Shown one piece after another: positions 1-9,946 of a DNA stretch of 64,000 bases. A model generated the notes under the pieces. That model searched no databases. It was not told where the DNA came from and saw nothing but the letters and a program-made list of their open reading frames with translations. The position numbers were made by a program, and so were the translations under genes. Position 1 is the first letter of the stretch. Each line of letters begins with the position of its first letter. Origin of the DNA: Gemmatimonadales bacterium (lineage in GTDB: Bacteria; Gemmatimonadota; Gemmatimonadetes; Gemmatimonadales; GWC2-71-9); NCBI GenBank assembly GCA_965249575.1, contig OZ252244.1, positions 2,464,001 through 2,528,000 of the forward strand. The letters run 5' to 3'.

Positions 1-1
1 C

Positions 2-280
2 GCGCTCACTGACCTGATTCGGCGGGCCGCGATCTCGATACCCGCGAGCGTGGCCGAGGGCTACGCGGTGGGAACACCCGAGCTGCGGGTCCAGTGCCTG
101 CGGGCCGCCCTCGCGGCTGCTTCGGCGCTCAAGTGTCACCTGGAACTGAGTCGTGATCTCCGACTGCTGGACGACCGCTCGACGCAGCCGGTCATGAAGG
201 GGTGTGATCGCCTGGTCAGTCTTCTCGTCGGCATGACGCGGCGAGCCATCAACGCGAACGGGCGTGCGTTTCGGACCTGA
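2..280 (+). CDS. Four-helix-bundle protein (23S rRNA IVP/bAvd-like), 5' partial
   Basis: Frame from base 2 reads ALTDLIRRAAISIPASVAEGY...ALAAASALKCHLELSRDL, resembling the RRAAxSIPxNIAEG family motif. Confidence 0.7.
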   Translation, partial: ALTDLIRRAAISIPASVAEGYAVGTPELRVQCLRAALAAASALKCHLELSRDLRLLDDRSTQPVMKGCDRLVSLLVGMTRRAINANGRAFRT

Positions 281-287
281 GCTGGTT

Positions 288-998
288 CTACTTGCCGACG
301 GTTGGGAGCGTATCGCCCAAGACCTCTTCGAGCGTAACCGCCTGCGGTCGCCGCTCGAACACTTCTGAAAACGCGAGCACCGCGCTGTCCGCCGCGCGGC
401 TCCAGACGTCCCTGGGTGTCCGCTCCCCCAGCTCGGTGCGGATGCTGGTCATAACCACGTCTTGGATGCCACACGGCACGATGAGATCGAAATAGGAGAG
501 GTCCGTCGTGACGTTGAGGGCAAACCCGTGCCACGTCACCCATTGCTTCACGTGGATGCCGATGCTTGCGATCTTGCGACCGGCGGTCCAGACGCCCGTA
601 TAGCCCTTCTGTCGCTCCCCCTCGATCCCAAAGTCGGAAAGAACCCGAATGAGGGCTGACTCGAGTTGCCGCAGGAACCAGTGTAGATCGGCCTTGTGCT
701 CCGTCAAATCGAAAATCGGATAGCCCACCAGCTGACCGGGGCCGTGGTAGGTCACGTCGCCGCCGCGCTCGATCTCGAAGAGCTCGACGCCCCTGGCGGT
801 GAGGGTCTCCTGGGGAACCGGCAGGTTTTCGGGCCGGGTGCTCCTGCCCATGGTGACAACCGGAGGATGTTCGACCAGCAGCAGGAGATCGTGCTGCACA
901 CTTCGGTCGATCCGGCGGAGTGCCAGTGCTCGTTGGAGGCTGAGGACCTCGCCGTAGGACATCCGGCCCAGTCCCACCACCGCGAGATCAGCGCTCAC
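288..998 (-). CDS. lipB: Octanoyltransferase LipB
   Basis: EHPPVVTMGR, RGGDVTYHGPGQLVGYPI, KIASIG, HGFALN, IVPCG motifs. Confidence 0.95.
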   Translation of the reverse strand: MSADLAVVGLGRMSYGEVLSLQRALALRRIDRSVQHDLLLLVEHPPVVTMGRSTRPENLPVPQETLTARGVELFEIERGGDVTYHGPGQLVGYPIFDLTEHKADLHWFLRQLESALIRVLSDFGIEGERQKGYTGVWTAGRKIASIGIHVKQWVTWHGFALNVTTDLSYFDLIVPCGIQDVVMTSIRTELGERTPRDVWSRAADSAVLAFSEVFERRPQAVTLEEVLGDTLPTVGK

Positions 999-1014
999 GC
1001 ACCACCGTCACGGT

Positions 1015-1476
1015 TCACAGCGTGACCGACTCCTCGCGTCCGGGGCTGCGCGGAAGTTCGTTGCCCGCGGCCCTCCGCGTAAACGCCCGGCCCGCCGTCG
1101 CCCCCAGGACCAGCGTTCCCAGGTATCCAACGAGCCCGGGGCCGCCCCCCAACATCTCCGCTGGGGCCGCCAAGAACGCCAGGAAGCACGTTCCAAAGCC
1201 CGCCAATGCAGCCGTGACGCTCCGCCGCCACCCATCGGGGATGGCTTCGCTCAGCCTCCAAGCGACGGCCACGGCTCCCACGAGACCCACGAAAATGGAC
1301 CCGACGAAGAGTGTGGCTTGCATGTCGCTCGAGAATGAGATCGGTGTGTGAACGAGGCCTCTGCCTTGAGACGCTCTCAGGACCAGCAGTCCTGCGGTGA
1401 CGAATGACCCTCCGACCGCGGCGCCGGTTCCGATACTTCCCAAAGCGACGAAAACGCGATCGACAGGTGCGTTCAC
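1015..1476 (-). CDS. Hypothetical membrane protein (about 4 TM)
   Basis: Hydrophobic segments; start overlaps the lpdA stop; lies within the operon. Confidence 0.6.
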   Translation of the reverse strand: MNAPVDRVFVALGSIGTGAAVGGSFVTAGLLVLRASQGRGLVHTPISFSSDMQATLFVGSIFVGLVGAVAVAWRLSEAIPDGWRRSVTAALAGFGTCFLAFLAAPAEMLGGGPGLVGYLGTLVLGATAGRAFTRRAAGNELPRSPGREESVTL

Positions 1477-2867
1477 GTGTGAATAACCCGGCCGAGCGAG
1501 TCCAGAGCCGCTTCCGCGACGGCCTCTGACAGGGTCGGATGTGCGTGAACGGTGAGGTCGACTTCTTCTACAGTGAACTCGTTCTCTCTAGCCACCGCCA
1601 GCTCGTGGATCATCTCACTCGCATGGGACGCGACGATGTGGGCTCCCAGGATCTCGCTGTACTTCTTATCCCGAATGATTTTCACGAATCCCTCGGTTTC
1701 GTTAGCGGCGCGCGCTCGGCCGTTAGCGGTGAGAGGGAATTTCCCAACGACGTAATCCTGTTCGTTCTTCTTGCATTGCTCTTCTGTGAGGCCAATGCTT
1801 GCCACCTCAGGATGGCAATAGGTCACGCTAGGGATGTTGTCGTATCGGATGGGATGCGGCCGCTGGCCGGCGATTAACTCCGCGACGTGGATTCCCTCTC
1901 GACTTCCCTTGTGCGCGAGCATCGGAGGCCCGGCGACGTCGCCGATACCGTAGATGCCATCCGAGGAAGTCCGAAGGTCGCTGCCAGCCTTGACGAAGCC
2001 CCGATCATCCAGCTGCACACCCGCTTCCTGGAGCCCGAGGTCCTCGGTGTTGAGTGCCCGTCCTGCAGCCATCAGCACTTTGTCCACCTCGATTTTTCGC
2101 GTCGAGCCGCTCTCTTCCACCTCGAGTGTTACGGTGTTCTTCGAAACGTTCGCTCGTTTGATCTTCGCTCCCACGAACACGTCGATGCCACGCCGTTGAT
2201 AGGATTTGGCGATCGCCGCCGAGGAATCGGGATCCTCAACAGGGAGGATGCGGGGTAGTACTTCGATCAATGTCACCTTGCTGCCGAATGCGCTGAAGAT
2301 ATCCGCGAACTCGACTCCGACGGCGCCGCACCCGATGATTGCCAGCCGGGCGGGGGCCGTCTCGAGGAACAGCGCTTCATCGGACGAAATCACCGTTTGC
2401 TTGTTGATCTCCAGACCGAGCTGCGGCAAACCCTTCACGCGCGTGCCGGTGGCGAGGACGACGGCTTTCGAGGCCGAGTACGCGTCCTTACCCACGAGCA
2501 CCTTCCGTCCGGGTCGCAACTTCCCGGAGCCCTTGACGACCGTGACCTTGTGTTTTTTCAGCAGAAACCCCACGCCCTTTGAATTCTGGTCGCTGACGCT
2601 GCGGGAGTGCTGCATGGCCGCGGCGTAGTTCAGGGTCACCGTACCTACCTCGACCCCAAAGGTTTTCGCATCGTGTCGAACCAGGTTGGCCACGTATGCG
2701 CTGTGCAGGAGGGCCTTGCTCGGGATGCATCCCACGTTTACGCACACCCCCCCGAGCTTCTCACGCTCGACCACGGCCGTCTTGAGTCCGAGCTGCGCGG
2801 CACGAATCGCGCAGACGTAGCCGGCCGGCCCTCCTCCGATCACGATGACGTCGAAAATGTTCGCCAC
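1473..2867 (-). CDS. lpdA: Dihydrolipoyl dehydrogenase (E3)
   Basis: GGGPAGY FAD motif, GGVCVNVGCIPSK redox disulfide, HAHPTLSE. Confidence 0.96.
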   Translation of the reverse strand: MANIFDVIVIGGGPAGYVCAIRAAQLGLKTAVVEREKLGGVCVNVGCIPSKALLHSAYVANLVRHDAKTFGVEVGTVTLNYAAAMQHSRSVSDQNSKGVGFLLKKHKVTVVKGSGKLRPGRKVLVGKDAYSASKAVVLATGTRVKGLPQLGLEINKQTVISSDEALFLETAPARLAIIGCGAVGVEFADIFSAFGSKVTLIEVLPRILPVEDPDSSAAIAKSYQRRGIDVFVGAKIKRANVSKNTVTLEVEESGSTRKIEVDKVLMAAGRALNTEDLGLQEAGVQLDDRGFVKAGSDLRTSSDGIYGIGDVAGPPMLAHKGSREGIHVAELIAGQRPHPIRYDNIPSVTYCHPEVASIGLTEEQCKKNEQDYVVGKFPLTANGRARAANETEGFVKIIRDKKYSEILGAHIVASHASEMIHELAVARENEFTVEEVDLTVHAHPTLSEAVAEAALDSLGRVIHT

Positions 2868-2968
2868 TGGTCTGATCCTGTCTGTCTAAGGTTCACCGCG
2901 CGGCTCGCTGGCGTTAGCGGCTGGACCGGATCGCGCACCGGCCCCGATCATGAGTCTGCCTTACGGAT

Positions 2969-4180
2969 TCACCAAACGATCGCTAGCGGATTCTCGAGCA
3001 TCCGGCGCACGGTTTGGAGAAACTGCGCGCCCGTCGCTCCGTCGATGACTCTGTGATCGCAGCTCATCGTGGTTCGCATGCGCCGCCGCACTTCGACCTG
3101 GCCGCCACGCTCTACCGGCTTTCGCTCAATGCTTCCGATCGCGAGGATTCCCGCCTCAGGGGGGTTGATGATCGCCGTGAACTCGTCGATCCCAAACATC
3201 CCGAGATTCGAGATGGAGAACGTGCCACCGGTGTACTCGTCGGGGCGTAGTTTTCTGGCCCGGGCCCGCGCGACCAGCTCCCTCGTCTCCCCGGAGATCG
3301 TTCGCAGGGACTTCGTGTCGGCGTTTCGGATGACTGGCGTGATCAACCCCTCGTCGATGGCGACTGCGATCCCGATATGCACGCTTCGAAAGTAGCGGAT
3401 GTGATCGTCTCGCCACCACGTGTTACAGTGACGGTGCTGTGTGAGCGCCATCGCGACGACTTTCACCACGATGTCATTGAACGAGATCCGGGAATCCTCG
3501 CTCGAGGAGTTGAGCCCTTCGCGGGCAACCCACGCGCGCTCCATGTCGATCTCGGTCGTGAGAAAGAAATGGGGCACGGGGCCGAGCGATCCCGCAAGAC
3601 GTTTGGCGATGGTCTTTCGGATTTGTGTGAGGGGGATATCCTCGAACTCGGTGCCCGCTGCGCCGGGCCCCGGCGCCGGCGCTTCTCCCTCCAGGTCTCG
3701 CTTCACGATGCGCCCGCCGGGGCCGCTTCCGGCGATGGTGACCAGGTCCAGCCCCCGCTCCCGAGCCATGCGTCGAGCCAAGGGTGAGGCCTTGATCCGG
3801 CGCTCCGCGTGAGAGCCGGCGCGCGGAGACTCGGCTGCAGCCGCCGGCTCCGTCGGTTCCTTGGCGCCCACCGGGCTCGGGACCGGCTCGTCGCGGGGGC
3901 GCGTGCCGCCCGCATCCGACAGTATTTGGGCGATGTCCTCGTCCGCATCGCCGATCACGCCCACCAGCCCGCCGACCCCCACCGTCACGTCCGGTGCCGC
4001 AACGATCTTCCGCAACACTCCGCTGCCCCGAGCCTGAAGCTCCATGACTGCCTTGTCCGTCTCCACCTCGGCCAGGATGTCGCCAGCCTCCACCGCATCG
4101 CCCTCCTGCTTGAGCCAGGAGAGCACGCGGCCCTCTTCCATTGTTGGCGAGAGCGCCTCCATGACGACTTTGGTGGCCAC
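2969..4180 (-). CDS. pdhC: Pyruvate dehydrogenase E2, dihydrolipoamide acetyltransferase
   Basis: Lipoyl domain ETDKA, E3-binding ASPLARR...GSGPGGRI, catalytic DHRVIDG. Confidence 0.95.
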   Translation of the reverse strand: MATKVVMEALSPTMEEGRVLSWLKQEGDAVEAGDILAEVETDKAVMELQARGSGVLRKIVAAPDVTVGVGGLVGVIGDADEDIAQILSDAGGTRPRDEPVPSPVGAKEPTEPAAAAESPRAGSHAERRIKASPLARRMARERGLDLVTIAGSGPGGRIVKRDLEGEAPAPGPGAAGTEFEDIPLTQIRKTIAKRLAGSLGPVPHFFLTTEIDMERAWVAREGLNSSSEDSRISFNDIVVKVVAMALTQHRHCNTWWRDDHIRYFRSVHIGIAVAIDEGLITPVIRNADTKSLRTISGETRELVARARARKLRPDEYTGGTFSISNLGMFGIDEFTAIINPPEAGILAIGSIERKPVERGGQVEVRRRMRTTMSCDHRVIDGATGAQFLQTVRRMLENPLAIVW

Positions 4181-4191
4181 GCAGTCTTCTT

Positions 4192-5175
4192 TCAGTCGAG
4201 GTAGGTGACGGTCTTCATGGCAGCAACGACCTGCTCGACGCTCGGCTTTGCGAGACGCTCCAGGTGCTTGTTGTACGGCATGGGGATGTCCGCGCCGCTC
4301 AACCGGACGACGGGAGCGTCGAGGGAATCGAACTCGTGGCGCTGGATCTCATCGACGATCTGAGCTCCGACGCCGCAGAACGGCCATCCCTCCTCGACGA
4401 TCACACACCGGTTGGTCTTTCTCACGCTATCGAACAGCGCCGCGGTATCCAGGGGACGGATCGTGCGGAGATCGATGACCTCGGCGTCGAGGCCCTCCGA
4501 CTCGGCTGCCCGATCGGCTGCCTTGAGCGCCGTGGCGACGGTTTTTGAATGGCAGATGACGGTGACGTCGCACCCCTCACGCTTGATGTCGGCCAGTCCC
4601 AATGACACCACGTGCTCACCCTCGGGAACCGGCCCCTTCACGTTGTACAGCATCTCTCCCTCGAGAAACACAACGGGGTTGTCGTCGCGAATGGCCGCCT
4701 TCAGCATGCCCTTGGCATCTGCGGGCGTGCTCGGGGCGACGACCTTGAGTCCGGGCACATGTGCGAACCACGACTCCAATGCCTGGGAGTGCTGCGCGCC
4801 GAGTTGGAGCGCCGCTCCCCCCGGTCCGCGAAAGACAATCGGCAGTGGGACCTGCCCACCCGACATGTACGACATCTTGGCGGCCGAGTTGACGATTTGG
4901 TCGACGGCGAGGAGCGCGAAATTCCAGGTCATGAACTCGATGACCGGCCGGAGCCCCACCATGGCGGCTCCAACTCCAACTCCAGCAAACCCGAGCTCGG
5001 TAATTGGCGTGTCGACCACCCGCCGATCTCCAAATGCCTCAAGGAGCCCCCTACTCACCTTGTAGGCGCCCTGGTAGACCCCGACTTCCTCTCCCATGAG
5101 GAAAACCTCGGGGTCCCGCTCCATTTCTTCGCGGAGGGCCTGGCCGAGGGCATCGCGATACGTCAGCGTTGGCAT
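4192..5175 (-). CDS. pdhB: Pyruvate dehydrogenase E1 beta
   Basis: GEEVGVYQGAYKV, DTPITE, QHSQ; start placed at MPTLTYRDAL. Confidence 0.95.
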   Translation of the reverse strand: MPTLTYRDALGQALREEMERDPEVFLMGEEVGVYQGAYKVSRGLLEAFGDRRVVDTPITELGFAGVGVGAAMVGLRPVIEFMTWNFALLAVDQIVNSAAKMSYMSGGQVPLPIVFRGPGGAALQLGAQHSQALESWFAHVPGLKVVAPSTPADAKGMLKAAIRDDNPVVFLEGEMLYNVKGPVPEGEHVVSLGLADIKREGCDVTVICHSKTVATALKAADRAAESEGLDAEVIDLRTIRPLDTAALFDSVRKTNRCVIVEEGWPFCGVGAQIVDEIQRHEFDSLDAPVVRLSGADIPMPYNKHLERLAKPSVEQVVAAMKTVTYLD

Positions 5176-5176
5176 G

Positions 5177-6172
5177 TCAGGTGGAGTACACGTCCGTGTA
5201 CAGCTCCTCGGCCTCCGGCCCGGGACTCTCATCCGCGAACGTCACCGCGTCGTCGACTTCCCCCGTCACCTCCGCATCCATCGCAGTGAGCTCTTCTTGG
5301 GTGAAGAGCTCTGACGATTCCAATTGCCGAAAGAGCCCACGGATCGGGTCCTTTTCTTTCTGCTGCTCGACCTCCTCGCGCGTGCGGTAATGCCCGTGGA
5401 TGGGATCGGACATCGAATGACCCATGAATCGGTAGGTGCGGGCTTCGAGGAGGGTCGGTGTTTTGTCGGCCCGTGCTCTCGCAACAGCCCTCTCGGTCGC
5501 TTCGAAGACGGCCAAGACGTCCATCCCGTCGACGGTTTCCGCAGCCATGTCGTAGGAACAAGAGCGTTGGGCGATATCGTTTATGGCGGACGCTCGTTCG
5601 AGCGCCGTTCCCATTCCGTAGCGGTTGTTTTCGCACAAATAGATGACCGGGAGCTTCCACAGCGCCGCCATGTTGAGCGATTCGTGGAAAGCCCCGTTGT
5701 TGACGGCCGCTTCTCCGAAATAGCAGACGGTAACCTGGTCGGTCTTCCGGTACTTGATTCCGAATCCGGCGCCCGTCGCCAGCGGGATGTGCCCGCCCAC
5801 GATCGCGTGTCCGCCCAGGAAGCCCAGCGACGCGTCGAACAGATGCATCGAGCCGCCCTTCCCCTTCGAGCAGCCGGTTGCCTTGCCGAAAAGCTCCGCC
5901 ATGACCGTGCGCGCCGTGATGCCGCGGGCGAGCGCATGCCCGTGCTCGCGGTAACTGCACATCAGGTAGTCGTGCTCTCCGAGCGCCGCGATGGATCCGA
6001 CGGCGACGGCTTCCTGGCCGATGTACAGGTGGCAGAATCCCCCGATCTTACCCAGCGCATAGGCCTCGCCTGCCCGCTCCTCGAATCGCCGGATGAGAAG
6101 CATCTGGCGCAACAGGCCGTGGTAGAAACCGGCGCGCTCCGGCTCGAGCCGGGGTCGGGTACGTGGGGCCAA
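5177..6172 (-). CDS. pdhA: Pyruvate dehydrogenase E1 alpha
   Basis: GFCHLYIGQEA, GKGGSMH, YRFMGHSMSD; start placed at TTG 6172 after AGGA (CTG 6193 is an alternative). Confidence 0.93.
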   Translation of the reverse strand: MAPRTRPRLEPERAGFYHGLLRQMLLIRRFEERAGEAYALGKIGGFCHLYIGQEAVAVGSIAALGEHDYLMCSYREHGHALARGITARTVMAELFGKATGCSKGKGGSMHLFDASLGFLGGHAIVGGHIPLATGAGFGIKYRKTDQVTVCYFGEAAVNNGAFHESLNMAALWKLPVIYLCENNRYGMGTALERASAINDIAQRSCSYDMAAETVDGMDVLAVFEATERAVARARADKTPTLLEARTYRFMGHSMSDPIHGHYRTREEVEQQKEKDPIRGLFRQLESSELFTQEELTAMDAEVTGEVDDAVTFADESPGPEAEELYTDVYST

Positions 6173-6189
6173 GTTGGGGTCCTGAGTGC

Positions 6190-7125
6190 TCAGCTTCCAG
6201 CGGTGGCGCGCTGGACCTGGTCCCAGGCATGGTAGGACGAACGAACCAGCGGTCCCGCCTCGACGTGCTTGAATCCCATGAGACGACCCGCCTGACGCAG
6301 TTCGGCGAACTCGTCGGGAGTGTAGTACCGGGCAACGGGAAGATGGTCGTTCGACGGCCTGAGATACTGGCCAAGCGTCAAGATGTCGACGCCCTGGGCC
6401 TGCACGTCCCGCATCGCAACGAGCAACTCCTCCCAGTCCTCCCCCAGGCCGCACATGATCCCGGACTTGGTCATTTGCGCTGGGTTCAGCTCCTTCGCGC
6501 GGTGAAGCAGCCTGAGGGCACGCTGGTACTGTCCGCCCGGGCGGGCAATGCGGTACAGCCGCTCTACCGTCTCCAGATTGTGGTTGAGAATGTCGGGCTG
6601 AGCCTCGACCACGATTCCCAACGCGTCATCGGATCCCTTGAAGTCCGGTATGAGCAGTTCGATTGAGGAGTCCGCAAGGCGGCCCCGGATTTCCACGACG
6701 CACGCTGCAAAGATCTCCGCCCCGCCCATCGGAAGGTCGTCCCGGTCGACGCTCGTGATGACGACGTGGCGGAGGTTCATTTGAGTGACCGCCTCGGCCA
6801 ACCGGTAGGGCTCCTCAGGGTCGTACGGTGCCGGGGTCCCGTGGGCCACGGCACAATAGGCGCAATTGCGTGTGCAGACGTCGCCCAGGATCATGAATGT
6901 TGCCGCGCGGTGCTCCCAACACTCGCCGAGGTTCGGGCAATGGGCCTCCTCGCACACCGTGTGGAGACCCAAGTTCCGCATGACGTTCTTGATTTCGACG
7001 TAATTCCGTCCCCCAGGTGCCCGTACCTTGAGCCACGGCGGCTTCCGCGACCCCAGCGCGGGCGCTCTGCCGGGATTCGAGGGCTGTCGGGTCAAATGCA
7101 CGAGTTCCATGGGTGACGGAAACAT
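6190..7125 (-). CDS. lipA: Lipoyl synthase
   Basis: CEEAHCPNLGEC and CTRNCAYC Fe-S motifs, RSSYHA. Confidence 0.96.
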   Translation of the reverse strand: MFPSPMELVHLTRQPSNPGRAPALGSRKPPWLKVRAPGGRNYVEIKNVMRNLGLHTVCEEAHCPNLGECWEHRAATFMILGDVCTRNCAYCAVAHGTPAPYDPEEPYRLAEAVTQMNLRHVVITSVDRDDLPMGGAEIFAACVVEIRGRLADSSIELLIPDFKGSDDALGIVVEAQPDILNHNLETVERLYRIARPGGQYQRALRLLHRAKELNPAQMTKSGIMCGLGEDWEELLVAMRDVQAQGVDILTLGQYLRPSNDHLPVARYYTPDEFAELRQAGRLMGFKHVEAGPLVRSSYHAWDQVQRATAGS

Positions 7126-7199
7126 AGTGCCAGTCGAAAAGGCATGGTAGCCTCGCTCAACCGTTTAGTTGAGCGCGCCGCGATTCGTGTCTGGAGTTC

Positions 7200-8303
7200 T
7201 CAGTCCAACCAGAAGCGGGCGGGGCTCACATCAGTCAGGCTGTGTTCCACCGACTGGTCATTATAGAGCCGCGCGACGATGTCGGCGGTGACCGAGGCGA
7301 GCAGGATCCCGCTGCGGCCGTGGCCGGTGGCATACCACAGACCCTCGATCTCCGGATCGGCGCCGATGATGGGCCGCCCGTCGGGGGTACCGGGGCGGAG
7401 ACCAGCCCACGCATGCTGTGCTTTGGCGTAGGTGAGCACCGGGTAGAGCTGGCTAGCCATGTCGAGCATCTGCGACCGCCCGTCTTTGGTGACGCGCGTG
7501 TTGAAACCGGCATGCTCGAACGTGGCGCCGGCGATGAGGTTGTCCTCCCGCTTGAGCAGGTAGCCCTCGGGGCCGACGACAATCGCCGGTGGCTCCTCAG
7601 CTGGCCAGGATACCGAGATCATTTGTCCTCGGATTGGCTCAACGGACATCGGACGGGGCAGGCCACTCAGCCTTCCGGACCAGCAGCCGGCGGCGACCAG
7701 AACGGCCCCTCCCCGTCGCGTGCCGGAGTCGGTCCTCACGCCAACGGCCTTCGAATCCTCAATGAGAATCGATTTTGCCGTTCCTTTAACGGTCGAGACC
7801 GCGCGCTGCTCGCAGCTCGCCAGGAGTGACTTCCACAGCGCCGGGGGATCGATGGCGCCGTCCTCGGGAGCGAGGAGGGCTCCGAGGGCCTTCGTGGAGA
7901 TTCCCGGGGCCCGGTCACGGAGCTCGGGCGGCGGTACCCAATCCGTATGCATGCCGGCCTGTCGCTGCCAGGCAATATCGGCCTTCCCCTTGGCCACGTC
8001 CGCTTCCGTGAACGCGACTCGGAGGATTCCCTCGGTCCACAGTCCGGGGTCGATCCCGGTCTCATCGTGCAACTCGGGCGCGAGTTCCGCGTACATATCG
8101 CGGCCACGGACCCGAATCCCCAGCAGTGGATCCTCGCGCTTCGCCTCTACCGTCGGTGCCAGCAGGCCGGCTGATGCAGGCGTGGCCGCTCCTGCCCGGG
8201 AATCGTCGATGACTTCGACCTCCGCGCCCGCAACCGCCAGCGCCCGGGCGCACGCGGCACCAATGATCCCACCCCCTACAACGAGGACGTCAGGGGCCGG
8301 CAC
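7200..8303 (-). CDS. thiO: Glycine oxidase ThiO / DAO-family FAD oxidoreductase
   Basis: GGGIIG, ASAGLL, PIRGQ, WAGLRP, GHGRSGILL. Confidence 0.8.
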   Translation of the reverse strand: MPAPDVLVVGGGIIGAACARALAVAGAEVEVIDDSRAGAATPASAGLLAPTVEAKREDPLLGIRVRGRDMYAELAPELHDETGIDPGLWTEGILRVAFTEADVAKGKADIAWQRQAGMHTDWVPPPELRDRAPGISTKALGALLAPEDGAIDPPALWKSLLASCEQRAVSTVKGTAKSILIEDSKAVGVRTDSGTRRGGAVLVAAGCWSGRLSGLPRPMSVEPIRGQMISVSWPAEEPPAIVVGPEGYLLKREDNLIAGATFEHAGFNTRVTKDGRSQMLDMASQLYPVLTYAKAQHAWAGLRPGTPDGRPIIGADPEIEGLWYATGHGRSGILLASVTADIVARLYNDQSVEHSLTDVSPARFWLD

Positions 8304-8376
8304 GCCGGCTCCTTGAGGTGAAACTCCTGGGCCCGTACCTTCGTAGAGTCATGTGACCCACGCTAGTGGAGAGACC

Positions 8377-8598
8377 ATGTTACGAACAGTACTCGGATAC
8401 GCCGTGCTGGCCGTCATCGCGTTCGTCGTGCTGAGTTTGGCGGCTAGCGTTCTTGGATTCGTGCTTTCGATCGCCGTGAAGCTAGCGCTGCTAGCCGCGG
8501 TCGGATTCGGCTGCTATGTGGTCCTGAAAGTTATCAGTCCAGGGGCCGCTCGCCGAGTGCGGGAGCTGATTGCGGGACAGGGCCCCACGAGCACCTGA
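8377..8598 (+). CDS. Small membrane protein (2 TM)
   Basis: GGAGA RBS before the ATG; strongly hydrophobic; fills the gap between genes. Confidence 0.65.
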   Translation: MLRTVLGYAVLAVIAFVVLSLAASVLGFVLSIAVKLALLAAVGFGCYVVLKVISPGAARRVRELIAGQGPTST

Positions 8599-8642
8599 TC
8601 CCGCGTGCCGTGGAGTGCGGGCGGGGGCCATTCGGGTCCTCG

Positions 8643-9134
8643 CTACCGCTCCGATTCCCAGGGAAGCACTGTGCTCGAGTGGGCGTGCCGGATTTTCCAA
8701 TCGCCGCCTACCGGTACAAGGATAAATGTCGCGCGGCCCGTTTCCACGCTCCGATTCTCGCCTGACATCCACTGATATCGCGCCGAAACCCACGCCAAGC
8801 CCGGCGTGATCTCAACCAGCGTCTCCAGCAGGCGGACATTGCCGCCGGTGGCCATGCCAGCCAGGCGCGGGGGGGTGCGCCGTATGCGGCCGTTGGAGAC
8901 GATGATGGTCTCGGCCAGGTACAGGCTGTCGGAGCCTGACCCGGCCGCTTCCGCCTCGAGAGCCGCTAGCACGATTCGGCGCACTCGAACATCATCGAAT
9001 GCCATTGCGCCGGTGTTCAAGCTGCCGCCCCGGCTGCCGGCACAGCTGGCGGAGAGAACGACAGCGAGCATCAGGCGGGCTCGCGCGGTGCGGGGCGGTG
9101 GGGCGCTTGCCGGCTGCTGCCGGTCTCCCGTCAC
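8643..9134 (-). CDS. NTF2/SnoaL-like fold protein, possible lipoprotein
   Basis: C-terminal GRATFILVPVGGDWKIRHAHSS; LSASC lipobox-like; GTGA overlap with the upstream gene. Confidence 0.6.
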   Translation of the reverse strand: MTGDRQQPASAPPPRTARARLMLAVVLSASCAGSRGGSLNTGAMAFDDVRVRRIVLAALEAEAAGSGSDSLYLAETIIVSNGRIRRTPPRLAGMATGGNVRLLETLVEITPGLAWVSARYQWMSGENRSVETGRATFILVPVGGDWKIRHAHSSTVLPWESER

Positions 9135-9946
9135 GAGGTCTCGGGGACTTCCGGGCCGGCGGTCTCGATGCCCGTCAGGCGAAGGGTGATCGTCCCGAAC
9201 GGGAATGTCGATTTCATCTGCACGATCAGTCGGCGCTCGTCGTCGCTGATCCACAGCCGGGCGTTGGCCGCCTCTGCGAAGATGCCGCGCCCTTTGATAA
9301 TCGGCCGCACGATGATTGCCGGGAACCGCCCGGCGGGTACGTCGATCGTATCACGCTCCACTACCTCGAGTACGACCGGGTTTCGGTCCGGCCGGAAGTA
9401 ACGGTTGAACTCATACCGGCGCCCAGGGTCCATGGGAAGCGTCCGGACGAAATAAAAGAAGGCCGCGTCGTCGAGCGGCTCGGGCGAGGTCGCCATCGCG
9501 GTGTCAACGCCCGCCTGCCGGTAAGTACCGGAGTCGGGGAAGATGTCGTATTCCGCGTAGCGCCTCTTTCCGCCCTCATCGAAGTCTTGATGGAAGCGCC
9601 GCGATGCGAAGTCGTCGACCCCGACCCACGAATCCATTCGGTCGTTGAGTCGGTAGAAGAACGTGCCGCCGGTCAGCTGAAACTGAAAGTGAAAGACGGC
9701 CTCGTCCCGGAGCGTGTCCTTGCCGAGGGCGCGCATCTGTGCGTTCCCGACGGTGATGAAACCGTATTTCGCATCGAACGAGAGGACCTCCCCCGCCTCG
9801 AACCGATCGGTCAATTCCGCGGCGGGGGGCAGCGTCGACTCCACCGTCTGCGCCCCCAGCCGGCCGGCGGTGGCGAGGCCCAGCAACGTGCAGAGGCCGG
9901 CGTACGACAGCGGGCGGTACGGGGTGCGGTGTGGGGCCGAGGCCAT
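9131..9946 (-). CDS. DUF3108-like exported protein
   Basis: Signal peptide; GEVLSFDAKYG, TIDVPAGRF, LWISDDERRL patterns. Confidence 0.7.
   Translation of the reverse strand: MASAPHRTPYRPLSYAGLCTLLGLATAGRLGAQTVESTLPPAAELTDRFEAGEVLSFDAKYGFITVGNAQMRALGKDTLRDEAVFHFQFQLTGGTFFYRLNDRMDSWVGVDDFASRRFHQDFDEGGKRRYAEYDIFPDSGTYRQAGVDTAMATSPEPLDDAAFFYFVRTLPMDPGRRYEFNRYFRPDRNPVVLEVVERDTIDVPAGRFPAIIVRPIIKGRGIFAEAANARLWISDDERRLIVQMKSTFPFGTITLRLTGIETAGPEVPETS

Noticed and set aside
2..280. Four-helix-bundle gene as a DGR accessory (Avd)
   Set aside because: No reverse transcriptase or template/variable repeat pair in the window; the family is common on its own
6170..6193. CTG start for pdhA
   Set aside because: An in-frame TTG with an AGGA RBS at 6172 is an adequate canonical start
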